A stretch of 32,000 nt of DNA from Xanthomonas campestris pv. campestris str. ATCC 33913 (GTDB lineage Bacteria; Pseudomonadota; Gammaproteobacteria; Xanthomonadales; Xanthomonadaceae), in the NCBI RefSeq assembly GCF_000007145.1, contig NC_003902.1, positions 3,206,497 through 3,238,496 on the forward strand, given 5' to 3'. Both the position numbers and the translations under genes were made by a program. Positions 6,933 through 17,331 of this stretch are shown piece after piece (the stretch's first letter is position 1; each line of letters begins with the position of its first letter). The notes under the pieces are model-generated. The model did not search any database. It worked only from the letters and a program-made list of their open reading frames with translations, and was not told where the DNA came from.

Positions 6933-9032
6933 TTACCAGATCGCCACGCGGTCCTTGTCGCCGCGCACCATCGCATCGCCCGGCTTGCACTGGAACGCCT
7001 GTGCGAACGCCGGCATGTTGGACGGCGCGCCGTTGGCGCGGAAGTTGGCCGGCGCATGCGGATCGGTGTTGAGGCGCACGCGCAGCTCGCCATCGGTGAA
7101 GTTGCGGCGCCACACCGTGGCCCAGTTCATGAAGAAGCGCTTGTCCTGGCTATGGCCGTCGATCTCCTTGTTGGCGGCCGGCTGTTCCTGCAACGCCATC
7201 TGCAGCGCGTCGTAGGCCACGGTGAGGCCGCCCAGGTCGCCGATGTTTTCGCCCAGGGTCAGCTTGCCTTTGACGTGCACGCCGGGAATCGCCTCGTAGC
7301 CATCGAACTGCGCCACCAGCTGATCGGTGCGCTGGGTGAACAGCTTGCGGTCGGCGTCGGTCCACCACGTGTCGAAGTTGCCCTTGGCATCGAACTGGCT
7401 GCCGGAGTCGTCGTAGCCATGCATCATCTCGTGCCCGATCACCGCACCGATGCCGCCGTAATTGAGCGCCGGGTCGGCCTTGGGATCGAAGAACGGCGGC
7501 TGCAGAATCGCCGCCGGGAACACGATCTCGTTGCGGGTGGCGTTGTAGTACGCGTTGACCGTCTGCGGCGTCATATGCCACTCGCGCTTGTCCACCGGCT
7601 TGCCGATCTTGTCGAGCATGTAGCGGTAATTGAACGCCTGCGCGGCCTGCATATTGGCCAGGAACCCGTCGCCCCGCGTTTCCAGCCCGCTCCAATCACG
7701 CCACTGGTCCGGATAGCCGATCTTGGGCGTGAAGCTGGCCCACTTTTCCAGTGCACGCTGCTTGGTCTCCGCGCTCATCCAGTCCAGCTTCTCCAGCCGC
7801 ACCTTCAGCGCGTTGGAGAGGTTCTGCACCAGCTGCTGCATCTGCGCTTTTGACTCGGCCGGGAATGCCGATTGCACGTAGAGCTGGCCCAGTGCCTCGC
7901 CCATGGCCTCGTTGACCGCGTTCAAGGTGCGCTTCCAGCGCGGCAGCATGTCCTGCTGCCCGCGCAACGTCTTGGCATAGAAATCGAAGTTGGCCTGCTC
8001 GAACGGCTTGGCCAGGTACGGCGCTGCCTCATCGATGCTGTGGAAGCGCAGATATGCCTTCCAGGTATCCACCGGCGTGTTGACGAGCATCTCGTCCAGC
8101 GCGCGGAAATACTCCGGCTGGCTCAGCGAGAAGGTGCCGGCCGGCACCTTCAGTGCACTGAAGAATGCCTGCCAATCGAAGTGCGGCGTGATCGCATTGG
8201 CGCCCGCCACATCGACCGGGTTGTAGCGCTTGGCCGGGTCACGCAGCTCGATGCGCGAGAGCGAGGCGTTGGCCAGCTGCGTCTCGAACGCCATCACCGC
8301 CTTGGCCTGTTCGGCCGCCTGTGCTGCCGGAATGCCGGACAGCTCCAGCACGCGGGCGATATAAGCCACGTACTGTTCGCGGATCTTTGCCTGGGCCGGA
8401 TCGGTGTAATAGCCCTTCTCCGGCAGGCCCAGACCGCCCTGCCCGGCATACGCAATCATCTGCTCGGAATTCTTGTAGTCGGCATTGGCGCCGAACGAGA
8501 ACAAAAAGCCCTGGCCCTTGGCATAGCTGTCGCGCAACCAGGCGGCAATCGCTGGCGCATCGCTAAGCGCATCAATCGCTTTTAGCTGCGGCTGCAGCGG
8601 GGTGATGCCGGCCTTGTCGATGGCCGCCTCGTCCGAGCCGGTCCGCCACAGGTCGGCGATCTTGGCATCCACCGAACCTGCGGACAGATTACCGCGCGCC
8701 AGTTGTTCCACCAGCGCGTGCTGGATGGTCAACGAGCGCTCGGCCAGCACTTCGAAACTGCCCCAGCTGGTGCGGTCGGACGGCACCGGGTTGGCCTTGA
8801 GCCACTTGGCGTTGACGAACCCGTTGAGGTCCTGGCATGCGGCAATGGCCGGATCCAGATCGCCGCTGCCGAAGGCCACGATCGGCGCATCCAGCTTGGA
8901 CACATCCACGCGCGTCGGCGCTGCAGATGCGGCGGCGGCCGGCTTGCTGGTGTCGTCGGAGGCGCCGCACGCGGACAGCGTCACGGCGATGGCCACCGCC
9001 AGGGACAGCGGGGCAAACTTGCTGAGGATCAT
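6933..9032 (-). CDS. M13-family zinc metallopeptidase (neprilysin/endothelin-converting-enzyme/PepO-like), predicted lipoprotein
   Basis: Contains the zinc motif HEMMHGYDD (HExxH), GENIGDLGG (ExxxD) and the substrate motif VNAYY. I chose ATG 9032 as the start because GGAG lies 6 nt upstream and it gives the signal peptide MILSKFAPLSLAVAIAVTLSAC with a canonical lipobox. The longer TTG start at 9122 was rejected. Confidence 0.9.
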   Translation of the reverse strand: MILSKFAPLSLAVAIAVTLSACGASDDTSKPAAAASAAPTRVDVSKLDAPIVAFGSGDLDPAIAACQDLNGFVNAKWLKANPVPSDRTSWGSFEVLAERSLTIQHALVEQLARGNLSAGSVDAKIADLWRTGSDEAAIDKAGITPLQPQLKAIDALSDAPAIAAWLRDSYAKGQGFLFSFGANADYKNSEQMIAYAGQGGLGLPEKGYYTDPAQAKIREQYVAYIARVLELSGIPAAQAAEQAKAVMAFETQLANASLSRIELRDPAKRYNPVDVAGANAITPHFDWQAFFSALKVPAGTFSLSQPEYFRALDEMLVNTPVDTWKAYLRFHSIDEAAPYLAKPFEQANFDFYAKTLRGQQDMLPRWKRTLNAVNEAMGEALGQLYVQSAFPAESKAQMQQLVQNLSNALKVRLEKLDWMSAETKQRALEKWASFTPKIGYPDQWRDWSGLETRGDGFLANMQAAQAFNYRYMLDKIGKPVDKREWHMTPQTVNAYYNATRNEIVFPAAILQPPFFDPKADPALNYGGIGAVIGHEMMHGYDDSGSQFDAKGNFDTWWTDADRKLFTQRTDQLVAQFDGYEAIPGVHVKGKLTLGENIGDLGGLTVAYDALQMALQEQPAANKEIDGHSQDKRFFMNWATVWRRNFTDGELRVRLNTDPHAPANFRANGAPSNMPAFAQAFQCKPGDAMVRGDKDRVAIW

Positions 9033-9197
9033 TGAATTCTCCAGGACAGGGGCCGCAGCGTGCGCGCGGCCGAAAAGAGTAGGTAATCGGCGCACTGCGC
9101 TGATCCCCCAAAAGTCACACAACAGGCGAACGCCCTAACGTCCGCCACCGCGCGCATCCAGCCGCTGCGGCATCGCACTCCAACGCGCCACTGCGCG

Positions 9198-9518
9198 CTA
9201 GGAGTGTTTGTAGAACGGCTTCAATAGCAGGTACACCGGGAAGGCGAGAACCATCAACACCAGCGCCGCATCGTGACTGGACGTTGCCTCCGCCCAGGAC
9301 TCCATCTGCCGCGACGGACCAAACAGGCCAAAGGCCACCAGCAGCACACCGGCCAGGCACACCAGCAAGGCCAGCCAGGTGGCTTCTGCAGAGACACTGC
9401 CGCCTGCCAGCGCGGCAAACGCGCCGCTGACTCCTGCCATCAGCACACCGAAGGTCGCGAGATAACTGCGGCAGTACAGGGCGCTCATCTGCTGCGTTTT
9501 ACGTTTGCCGGACATCAT
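9198..9518 (-). CDS. Hypothetical small integral membrane protein (about 3 predicted hydrophobic helices)
   Basis: The ORF lies downstream of gpmA on the same strand. It has hydrophobic segments (LATFGVLMAGVSGAFAALAGG, WLALLVCLAGVLLVAFGLFG, AALVLMVLAFPVYLLL) and no motif I recognise. The start is uncertain, with candidates at 9518, 9515, 9575 and 9593. Confidence 0.4.
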   Translation of the reverse strand: MMSGKRKTQQMSALYCRSYLATFGVLMAGVSGAFAALAGGSVSAEATWLALLVCLAGVLLVAFGLFGPSRQMESWAEATSSHDAALVLMVLAFPVYLLLKPFYKHS

Positions 9519-9662
9519 GTCTCGCAATGAAAGAAGCACCATTGGCAGCGCGCACCAACAGGCACGCCGCTGCATCACGGCCAACGCCGCCACGCCTCAT
9601 GCATGGCGGCAGCACCGGCCAATCCGGCAGCGGGCGTGCTGCGTGCACGCCCGCTGCGCGGC

Positions 9663-10412
9663 TTACTTGGCCTTGCCCTGGTTGGCCACGGCTTCGGCGG
9701 CGCGCTTGGCCGCTTCCGGGTCGCCCAGGTAGCGGTAGCTTTGCACCTGCAGGTTGTCGTCCAGCTCGAACAACAGCGGGATGCCGGTGGGAATGTTGAG
9801 CTCCAGGATCTGCGCGTTGGAGATGTCGTTGAGGTACTTGTACAGCGCGCGCAACGAGTTGCCGTGCGCGGTGACCAGCACGGTCTGGCCGGCCTTCAAC
9901 TGCGGGGCGATCGCGTCGTGCCAGTACGGCAACACGCGCACCAGCGTGGTCGCCAGCGACTCGGTGCCCGGCAATGCATTGCGGTCCAGCGTGGCATAGC
10001 GGCGGTCATGCCCGGGATGGCCCGGATCGGTGACGTCCATGGCCGGCGGCGGGATGTCGTAGGAACGGCGCCAGATCTTGACCTGCTCTTCGCCGTGCTT
10101 GGCCGCGGTTTCGGCCTTGTCCAGGCCCTGCAGGCCACCGTAGTGACGCTCATTGAGGCGCCAGCTCTTGTGCACCGGCAGCCAGTCCTGGTCGAGCTCC
10201 TTCAGCGCGCCCTGCAGCGTGTGGATGGCGCGCTTGAGCACCGAGGTGTACGCCACATCGAACTGCAGCCCTTCGTCCTTCATCAGCTTGCCGGCCGCGG
10301 CGGCTTCCTGGCGGCCCTGCTCGGTGAGATCCACGTCCACCCAGCCGGTGAAACGGTTGTCCAGGTTCCATTGGCTCTGGCCATGGCGCAGCAGTACGAG
10401 TTTGCGGGTCAC
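9663..10412 (-). CDS. gpmA: 2,3-bisphosphoglycerate-dependent phosphoglycerate mutase
   Basis: 249 aa. The N-terminus [29 protein letters not shown] carries the RHG catalytic histidine motif. [12 protein letters not shown] and [10 protein letters not shown] are also present. Confidence 0.95.
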   Translation of the reverse strand: MTRKLVLLRHGQSQWNLDNRFTGWVDVDLTEQGRQEAAAAGKLMKDEGLQFDVAYTSVLKRAIHTLQGALKELDQDWLPVHKSWRLNERHYGGLQGLDKAETAAKHGEEQVKIWRRSYDIPPPAMDVTDPGHPGHDRRYATLDRNALPGTESLATTLVRVLPYWHDAIAPQLKAGQTVLVTAHGNSLRALYKYLNDISNAQILELNIPTGIPLLFELDDNLQVQSYRYLGDPEAAKRAAEAVANQGKAK

Positions 10413-10515
10413 TACGGTTCTCCGATTGGGGGCCGATCAACCGCTGATTGTAGCGGCAGCCGATGCCTGCCTGGCGTGCACGGCATCGCCACGGCGTGCG
10501 CGCGATGCTGCGGCC

Positions 10516-11226
10516 ATGCAGACATCCATCGACCCCGTGTTCGCCGGTTGGGACGGCAGCGTCGCTCAGGCGCGACAGTTGCAGCAGCAACTGGCCCAGC
10601 GCGTGGCGCTGCGCGATGAGGTTTCCGCCGCGCCTGCGCTGCTGGCCGGCTTCGATGTGGGCTTCGAAGACGATGGCCAGACCACGCGCGCGGCGGCCGT
10701 GCTGCTGGATGCGCAGACGCTGCTGCCGCTGGAAACCCACGTCGCCCGCGTGCCGACCTCGATGCCGTATGTGCCCGGCCTGCTGAGTTTTCGCGAGCTG
10801 CCCGCATTGCTGCGCGCGCTTGCGCTGCTGGCGCGCACGCCGGACCTGGTGTTCATCGATGGCCAGGGCATCGCGCATCCGCGCAGGTTCGGCATCGCCG
10901 CGCACTTTGGCGTGGTCACTGGCCTGCCCAGCATCGGCGTGGCCAAGCAACGCCTGGCCGGAACCTTCATCGAGCCCGGTGGGGAACGCGGCGACCACAG
11001 CCCCATCCTGCTGGCCGGTGCGCAGATCGGCTGGGCACTGCGCAGCAAGCCGCGCTGCAATCCGTTGATCGTCTCGCCCGGTCATCGCGTGTCGATGCAA
11101 GGCGCACTCGACTGGACCCTGCGCACGCTGCGCGCCTACCGCCTGCCCGAACCGACGCGGCTGGCCGACCGGCTGGCTTCACGGCGTGGCGAAATCGAGC
11201 TGCAGACGCAGCCGACGTTGCTGTAG
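10516..11226 (+). CDS. nfi: Endonuclease V (deoxyinosine 3' endonuclease)
   Basis: Motifs present: [60 protein letters not shown], and SPGHRVS...[14 protein letters not shown] 10516 was chosen as the start because the upstream part of the track ORF (10153-10515) is antisense to gpmA. Confidence 0.9.
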   Translation: MQTSIDPVFAGWDGSVAQARQLQQQLAQRVALRDEVSAAPALLAGFDVGFEDDGQTTRAAAVLLDAQTLLPLETHVARVPTSMPYVPGLLSFRELPALLRALALLARTPDLVFIDGQGIAHPRRFGIAAHFGVVTGLPSIGVAKQRLAGTFIEPGGERGDHSPILLAGAQIGWALRSKPRCNPLIVSPGHRVSMQGALDWTLRTLRAYRLPEPTRLADRLASRRGEIELQTQPTLL

Positions 11227-11591
11227 CTCGCGTGCTGCGGGGCAAGCGTGCAATTGCGGGCATCGATGCATGGTTCGTTGGATGTGGCTTGTCAGTTCTG
11301 GCGTGTGGATTCTGACTTCAAGCTTCTCGCGCGCAGCTCGCAGCTCGCAGCCGCCGTTGTCTTGCGGCTTGGACAACGCCGACCAGATCGACGTGCAGGT
11401 GCTCGTAGCTTTGGTACTTGAATGCGCGGCATTCACCAACCTGGCCACCTGCCGCAGCAGCACACCACCAGCCACCACCACTCACCCCATCACGTGCCGC
11501 ACGCACAGAACATTCCATCTTGCGTTGCAGCGCGCCCACGCCGCCGCCTGCATGGCAAGCTGCCGCTCTGCCCACTGCACGAGCCGCCGCC

Positions 11592-12482
11592 ATGACCACG
11601 CTGATCGCTCCCCGTGTCCACGATATTGGCGGCTTGCAGGTGCGCCGCGCCGTGCCGACCCTGCAGGCGCGCAGCGTCGGCCCGTTCGTGTTCGTCGACC
11701 ACATGGGCCCGGCAGTGCTGGAGCCCGATCACGGCATCGATGTCCGTCCGCATCCGCATATCGGCCTGGCCACCGTCACCTTCCTGTGGTCGGGCGAGAT
11801 CGGCCACCGCGACACGCTCGGCTCGGATCAGGTGATCCGCCCCGGTGACGTCAACTGGATGACCGCCGGCCGCGGCATCGCCCATTCCGAACGCACGCCG
11901 GGCCCCGAACGCGCACGCGAGCACGCCCTGCACGGCATGCAGACCTGGATCGCGTTGCCGCGCTCGGCCGAAGAAACCGCGCCCGCTTTCCATCACCACG
12001 CCGCCACCAGCCTGCCGCAGCAGCGCCGCAACGGCGTGTGGCTGCGGGTGATCGCCGGCCGCGCCTACGGCGAGGAATCGCCGGTGCGGGTGTTCAGCGG
12101 CACGCTCAACGTGGCGCTGGATCTGGACGCCGATGCCGAGATCGATCTGGATACCAGCCACGCCGAGCGCGCGCTCTACATCCTGGAGGGCGAGGCGCAA
12201 CTGGATGGCGCCGACGTGCCGGCGCGGCATCTGATTGTGCCCTCCGCCGGCACGCGCGGCAGGCTGCGCGCCAAGACCCCCCTCAAGGCGATGCTGCTCG
12301 GCGGCGAGCCGCTGGATGGCCCGCGCCACCTGTGGTGGAACTTCGTCTCCAGCTCACAAGAGCGCATCGAACAGGCCAAGGACGATTGGCAGGCCGGCCG
12401 CTTCGGCACCATCCCCGGCGACGATCAGGAGTTCATTCCGCTACCGGAAACGCCGGCGCCCAAACCCGTCAATTACCCCTGA
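11592..12482 (+). CDS. Pirin family (bicupin) protein
   Basis: 296 aa from ATG 11592. Pirin N-terminal cupin motifs are present: GPFVFVDHMGP, HPHIGLATVTFLWSGEIGHRDTLGS, and DVNWMTAGRGIAHSE. The 58 codons upstream in the track ORF are Pro/Ala-rich and not pirin-like. Confidence 0.85.
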   Translation: MTTLIAPRVHDIGGLQVRRAVPTLQARSVGPFVFVDHMGPAVLEPDHGIDVRPHPHIGLATVTFLWSGEIGHRDTLGSDQVIRPGDVNWMTAGRGIAHSERTPGPERAREHALHGMQTWIALPRSAEETAPAFHHHAATSLPQQRRNGVWLRVIAGRAYGEESPVRVFSGTLNVALDLDADAEIDLDTSHAERALYILEGEAQLDGADVPARHLIVPSAGTRGRLRAKTPLKAMLLGGEPLDGPRHLWWNFVSSSQERIEQAKDDWQAGRFGTIPGDDQEFIPLPETPAPKPVNYP

Positions 12483-12731
12483 AACCATGCGCGGATTCGC
12501 ACTGGCGGACACAACCGTGCCAGGTCTCGGAAGGGGAGTGCCACGCCACACAAGCGATGCCAGACGCAACTGCGACCCATCTTGAGCACGCCCACAAAAC
12601 TGTGGTAGTGATACCCGCGTAGTCGGAGCGCGTTGCGTGGACGGCACGCTCAAGCGGGGAGCTTGAGACGGTGCAGCGGCACGAAAGACGACAGCGCCCC
12701 GCATTGTCATCCATCGCCGGGGAACACTTGA

Positions 12732-13193
12732 ATGAAGTCCGCATCCTGCCTAGTCGGCCTGTCATTGCTGTTGGCCGCCGTCACCGCCCACGCCCAGTCC
12801 GCGCCCGTCTGCCCGCCATTGCCGCCGGCCTCCGGCCTGCAATGGACCCAGCTCGCCGGCGCCGATTACCTGGTCTGTAAAGCCACCACCGCCGATGGCC
12901 GCCAGGTCGTGGGCGTGATGCTGACCACCCGCGACCCGGCCATGGCGCTGGCACGCGACCGCCGCGCGGAAAAAGGCCAGATCCAGGAAGAGGAGTTCTA
13001 CTGGTACAAGCTCGATCTGGGCGGCCGCGAGGTCCCGGGCATGGAATCACGCCGCGTCACCGTGGTGGAGCTGGGCAAGAAGCGCTATGCACAGCTGTGG
13101 ATCGACGGCGCCAGCACCGAAGAACTGGCCTCGATGCAGTCGCTGGTGCAGAACATGGACCTGCAGCCGGCCAGCCTGGCACTGCAGCGCTAA
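12732..13193 (+). CDS. Hypothetical secreted protein (Sec signal peptide)
   Basis: 153-aa ORF. The N-terminus MKSASCLVGLSLLLAAVTAHA-QS has the n/h/c regions and AxA cleavage motif of a signal peptide. The mature part has a balanced, non-shadow composition. I recognise no family. Confidence 0.6.
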   Translation: MKSASCLVGLSLLLAAVTAHAQSAPVCPPLPPASGLQWTQLAGADYLVCKATTADGRQVVGVMLTTRDPAMALARDRRAEKGQIQEEEFYWYKLDLGGREVPGMESRRVTVVELGKKRYAQLWIDGASTEELASMQSLVQNMDLQPASLALQR

Positions 13194-13447
13194 ACAACGC
13201 CCGCAGATGGCAAGACCGGCGGCGGCCGGTCAGCCACATCGCTTCGCACTACGACTTGGAGCAGCCATCAAAACGACTGCGCAGCCGCCAGGCGGGCGCG
13301 GCCGGTGCTCGGAATCGGCATGTACCTACGTACACTCCGGTTCCTCCGCGCCGTCCGCACCCACCTGACGACTGCTCGCTACGTTTCCGCTCTTAATGCG
13401 CTAATGCAGCTGCGCGCCGGCATCCGCCAGCGCGCGCTGAATGCGCA

Positions 13448-13882
13448 TTAGCGCGTCGAACCGCCGGCAGCATCCACCAGCGCGTGCGGCTGCAGTTCGG
13501 TGGCAATGCGCACCTCGCCGGTGAGCAGGCGATGGATCGGGCACTTCTCCGCCACCTCCAGCAGACGTGCACGCTGGTCATCGTCCAGTGCGCCGTCCAG
13601 CACGATCGCGCGCGTGATCGATGTGCCCGCGGCGCCGCGCTGGGTGTAATGCAGGTGCACGTGCACCGCGGCCAATGGCCATTGCTTGCGCGCGGCCACC
13701 ATCGACACGGTGATGGCGGTGCAGGCACCCAATGCGCCCAGCACCTGCGCCTCTGGATCCGGCCCCGCATCCTGGCCACCGTTGGCCGGCTGGGTGTCGC
13801 CGATCCAGCGGTGCTGGCCATCGTGGACGGTGACCGTATAGGGCACCGCGCCGGTGACGACACTGACGGCGCGATCACTCAT
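13448..13882 (-). CDS. OsmC/Ohr-family peroxiredoxin-like protein
   Basis: 144 aa from ATG 13882, with GGGAGAA 7 nt upstream. OsmC-like features are present: the two conserved Cys contexts LGALGACTAITVSM and EKCPIHRLL. It lies 33 nt downstream of the pirin stop on the same strand, so the two are probably an operon. Confidence 0.8.
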   Translation of the reverse strand: MSDRAVSVVTGAVPYTVTVHDGQHRWIGDTQPANGGQDAGPDPEAQVLGALGACTAITVSMVAARKQWPLAAVHVHLHYTQRGAAGTSITRAIVLDGALDDDQRARLLEVAEKCPIHRLLTGEVRIATELQPHALVDAAGGSTR

Positions 13883-13915
13883 GTGCGCTTCTCCCACGCG
13901 GCAACCCGCCCCGGT

Positions 13916-14776
13916 TCAAAACCGCCCCTCCTGGAAATCGACGAACGCCTGCATCAATTCCTGCTTGGTGTTCATCACGAACGGGCCATGCCGCATCACC
14001 GGCTCGTTGATCGGCCGGCCGGCGACCAGGATCAAGCGCGCGCCGGCAGCACCGGCCTGCAGCCGCAGCCGCTCGCCACCGCCCAGCACCGCCAGCTCCT
14101 GCGCCGGCAACGGGCGTGCGCCCTCGCCCTCGCCGACCGTGGCCGCGCCTTCGAAGGCGTACGCGAACGCGTTGTGGCCGGCGGGCAGCAGATAGTCCCA
14201 GGACGTGTCCGGCGCCAGTGCGATATCCAGGTACACCGGCTCGGTGGCCGGCTGCACGATCGGCCCGTGCACATCGCCCACCGCGCCGGCAATCACCTTG
14301 ACCGTGACGCCCGCAGCCGGATACGCGACCGGGATCTTGTCCGGCGCGTATTCCTGATACTTGGGGTCGCTCATCTTGTCGCGCGCAGGCAGATTCACCC
14401 ACAGCTGGAAACCACGCATGCGCCCGGATTCCTGCTCGGGCATTTCCGAATGGATCAGGCCGCGCCCGGCGGTCATCCACTGCACGCTGCCTGGGGTCAG
14501 CAGGCCTTCGTTGCCGTGGTTGTCCTTGTGCCGCATGCGTCCGTCGAGCATGTACGTGACGGTCTCGAAGCCGCGGTGCGGATGGCTCGGAAAGCCGGCG
14601 ATGTAGTCTTCGGCCTGTTCGGTGCCGAACTCATCCAGCATCAGGAACGGGTCCAGTGCCGGCAGCTGCGGTGTGCCGATCACGCGGGTCAGCTTGACCC
14701 CGGCACCGTCGGAGGTGGGCATGCCGCGAATGGTCCGCAGCACGTGTGCCGCCGTGGAGGTGGTGGTGTCGCTCAT
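13916..14776 (-). CDS. Pirin family (bicupin) protein, YhhW/quercetinase-like
   Basis: 286 aa from ATG 14776, with GGGAG 7 nt upstream. Motifs present: GFPSHPHRGFETVTYMLDGRMRHKDNHGN, VQWMTAGRGLIHSEMP, and RGFQLWVNLP. The C-terminus is HGPFVMNTKQELMQAFVDFQEGRF. Confidence 0.85.
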   Translation of the reverse strand: MSDTTTSTAAHVLRTIRGMPTSDGAGVKLTRVIGTPQLPALDPFLMLDEFGTEQAEDYIAGFPSHPHRGFETVTYMLDGRMRHKDNHGNEGLLTPGSVQWMTAGRGLIHSEMPEQESGRMRGFQLWVNLPARDKMSDPKYQEYAPDKIPVAYPAAGVTVKVIAGAVGDVHGPIVQPATEPVYLDIALAPDTSWDYLLPAGHNAFAYAFEGAATVGEGEGARPLPAQELAVLGGGERLRLQAGAAGARLILVAGRPINEPVMRHGPFVMNTKQELMQAFVDFQEGRF

Positions 14777-15008
14777 CGAACGCTCCCTGTGCGCAAGTGG
14801 ATGCCTTGCATGATGGAGGCCGCTGGCATGGCGCCCAATCGCGACACGTGCAACCGACCGTTCCAAAACGCCGCGGCGCGCAGGCGCAATGCCGCACTGC
14901 AATGCCAGACACCATACGACCAAAGGCTTACCCGATCCCCGGGCGGCACCATTGACCGCGGACAGCCGGCGGGAGGACCCTTAGCGGGATCGTTCCTGAG
15001 GGGCATGC

Positions 15009-17081
15009 ATGAAAGGTATCTCGAAGCTGGCCTGGGGCGCGCTGGCGCTGCTGGCCGCGTTCTGCTTGGGCACCGTGGCGCTGCGGCGCGGCGAACACAT
15101 CAACGCGTTGTGGATCGTGGTGGCGGCGGTGTCGATCTATCTGATCGCCTACCGCTTCTATGGCCTGTTCATCGCCGACAAGGTGATGCAGCTCGACCCC
15201 ACCCGCGCCACCCCGGCGGTGACCAATAACGACGGTCTGGACTACGTGCCCACCAACAAGCACGTGCTGTTCGGGCACCACTTCGCCGCGATCGCCGGCG
15301 CCGGGCCGTTGGTCGGCCCGGTGCTCGCCGCGCAGATGGGCTACCTGCCCGGCCTGCTGTGGCTGGTGGTTGGCGTGGTGCTGGCCGGCGCGGTGCAGGA
15401 CTTCATGGTGCTGTTCCTGTCCACGCGCCGCAACGGCCGCTCGCTCGGCGACCTGGTGCGCGAAGAGATGGGCCAGGTGCCCGGCACCATCGCGCTGTTC
15501 GGCGCCTTCCTGATCATGATCATCATCCTGGCGGTGCTGGCGATGGTGGTGGTCAAGGCCTTGGCCGAGAGCCCGTGGGGCATGTTCACGGTGATCGCGA
15601 CGATGCCCATCGCGATCATGATGGGCGTGTACATGCGCTACATCCGCCCCGGCAAGATCGGCGAGATTTCGGTGGTGGGATTGATCCTGCTACTGGGTGC
15701 GATCTGGCTAGGTGGCCAGGTGGCCGCCGACCCGACCTGGGGCCCTGCCTTCACCTTCACCGCCAAGCAGATCACCTGGATGTTGATCGGCTACGGCTTC
15801 ATCGCCTCGGTGCTGCCGGTATGGCTGCTGCTGGCACCGCGCGACTATCTGTCCACCTTCCTCAAGATCGGCACCATCCTGGGCCTGGCGATCGGCATCC
15901 TGATCGTGATGCCCGACCTCAAGATGCCGGCGCTCACCCAGTTCGCTGCCAGCGGCGATGGCCCGGTGTGGAAGGGCGGCATCTTCCCGTTCCTGTTCAT
16001 CACCATCGCCTGCGGTGCGGTGTCCGGCTTCCATGCGTTGATCGCCTCCGGCACCACGCCCAAGCTGCTCGCCAACGAAGCGCACATGCGCTACATCGGC
16101 TACGGCGGCATGTTGATGGAATCGTTCGTGGCGATCATGGCGCTGGTGGCCGCGTCGATCATCGAACCCGGCATCTATTTCGCCATGAATAGCCCGGCCT
16201 CGTTGGTCGGCAGCGATACCGTCGCAGTGGCTGCCAAGGTCAGCGAATGGGGCTTTGCAATCACCCCGGAAGTGCTGGAAGCCACCGCGCGCGACATCGG
16301 CGAGCACAGCATCCTGGCGCGCGCCGGTGGTGCACCCACGCTGGCGGTAGGCATCGCGCAGATCCTGCACCACGTGCTGCCGGGCGAGAACACGATGGCG
16401 TTCTGGTACCACTTCGCGATCCTGTTCGAAGCGTTGTTCATCCTCACCGCAGTGGACGCGGGCACGCGTGCCGGCCGCTTCATGCTGCAGGACCTGCTGG
16501 GCAACTTCATCCCGGCACTGAAGAAGACCGAATCGTGGACCGCCAACATCATCGCCACCGCCGGTTGCGTGGCGCTGTGGGGCTACCTGCTCTACACCGG
16601 CGTGATCGATCCGTTCGGCGGTATCCAGACGCTGTGGCCGTTGTTCGGCATCTCCAACCAGATGCTGGCCGGCATCGCGTTGATGCTGGGCACAGTGGTG
16701 CTGTTCAAGATGAAGCGTGACCGCTACGCCTGGGTCACCATCGTGCCGGCGCTGTGGCTGCTGTTGTGCACCACCTACGCCGGGCTGATCAAGATCTTCG
16801 ACAGCAACCCGGCGCAGGGTTTCCTGGCGCAGGCGCACAAGTTCCAGGCCGCCATCGCCAGCAACACCATCACCGCACCGGCCAAGACCGTGCCGCAGAT
16901 GCAGCAGATCGTCACCAACGCCTACGTCAACACCGGGCTGACGGTGCTGTTCCTGTTCGTGGTGGGCTCGATCCTGATCTACGCAGTCAAAACGATCGTG
17001 GTCGCCCGCCGCAGCCCGCAGCGCAGCGATCGCGAAACCCCGTACGTGGCACTGCAGCCACACCAGATGGCGGATCTGTAA
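15009..17081 (+). CDS. cstA: Carbon starvation protein A family transporter (peptide/pyruvate uptake)
   Basis: 690-aa polytopic membrane protein. CstA N-terminal signature: [22 protein letters not shown]...TPA...[42 protein letters not shown] lies 6 nt upstream of the ATG. Confidence 0.95.
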   Translation: MKGISKLAWGALALLAAFCLGTVALRRGEHINALWIVVAAVSIYLIAYRFYGLFIADKVMQLDPTRATPAVTNNDGLDYVPTNKHVLFGHHFAAIAGAGPLVGPVLAAQMGYLPGLLWLVVGVVLAGAVQDFMVLFLSTRRNGRSLGDLVREEMGQVPGTIALFGAFLIMIIILAVLAMVVVKALAESPWGMFTVIATMPIAIMMGVYMRYIRPGKIGEISVVGLILLLGAIWLGGQVAADPTWGPAFTFTAKQITWMLIGYGFIASVLPVWLLLAPRDYLSTFLKIGTILGLAIGILIVMPDLKMPALTQFAASGDGPVWKGGIFPFLFITIACGAVSGFHALIASGTTPKLLANEAHMRYIGYGGMLMESFVAIMALVAASIIEPGIYFAMNSPASLVGSDTVAVAAKVSEWGFAITPEVLEATARDIGEHSILARAGGAPTLAVGIAQILHHVLPGENTMAFWYHFAILFEALFILTAVDAGTRAGRFMLQDLLGNFIPALKKTESWTANIIATAGCVALWGYLLYTGVIDPFGGIQTLWPLFGISNQMLAGIALMLGTVVLFKMKRDRYAWVTIVPALWLLLCTTYAGLIKIFDSNPAQGFLAQAHKFQAAIASNTITAPAKTVPQMQQIVTNAYVNTGLTVLFLFVVGSILIYAVKTIVVARRSPQRSDRETPYVALQPHQMADL

Positions 17082-17305
17082 TGGGCACTCAACTCGTTCT
17101 TGCCAGCCAATACCAGGCCCATCGCCGCATCTGGCGCCGCCTGGTGCAGACCGCACGCCTGTGCTGCGGCATCCCGGACTACGACAACTACGTGCGCCAC
17201 ATGCTGGAGAAACATCCGGACAAACCGGTCATGGACTACCCGGCGTTTTTCCGCGAACGCCAGGAAGCGCGTTACGGCGGCAAGGGCGGGTTCCGCTGCT
17301 GTTGA
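17081..17305 (+). CDS. YbdD/YjiX-family small protein (DUF466), CstA-associated
   Basis: 74 aa. The ATG overlaps the cstA stop (TAATG at 17079-17083). The conserved core is [46 protein letters not shown]. Confidence 0.85.
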   Translation: MGTQLVLASQYQAHRRIWRRLVQTARLCCGIPDYDNYVRHMLEKHPDKPVMDYPAFFRERQEARYGGKGGFRCC

Positions 17306-17331
17306 TCGGTAATCGTGATCGATAGATGCAC

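Noticed and set aside
6795-8585. Plus-strand ORFs (6795-7853, 7872-8585, 8602-9138) opposite the M13 peptidase gene
   Set aside because: They are antisense to a gene with complete HExxH/ExxxD/NAYY motifs. Their composition is that of shadow frames (Leu/Arg/Ala/His-rich). The first begins with TTG inside the IS flank.
10153-10515. N-terminal 121-codon extension of the endonuclease V ORF
   Set aside because: This part overlaps gpmA on the opposite strand and has no Nfi similarity. The Nfi homology begins after ATG 10516.
11227-11591. 365-bp nfi-pirin spacer containing a short CAGCTCG tandem and a 100-aa minus-strand ORF (11179-11481)
   Set aside because: The ORF overlaps the nfi 3' end, lacks an SD and has an odd composition. 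The tandem is only 2.5 copies. I see nothing beyond a normal promoter-containing spacer.
13484-15229. 581-aa plus-strand ORF across the OsmC-like gene, the pirin gene and the cstA start
   Set aside because: It is antisense to two motif-supported genes and runs through an intergenic region into cstA out of frame. It is a shadow ORF.
15708-17156. 482-aa minus-strand ORF antisense to cstA, and 277-aa and 157-aa plus-strand ORFs in other frames
   Set aside because: The cstA frame is strongly supported by family motifs and a continuous pattern of hydrophobic helices. The alternatives are Arg/Gly/Asp/His-rich and not protein-like.
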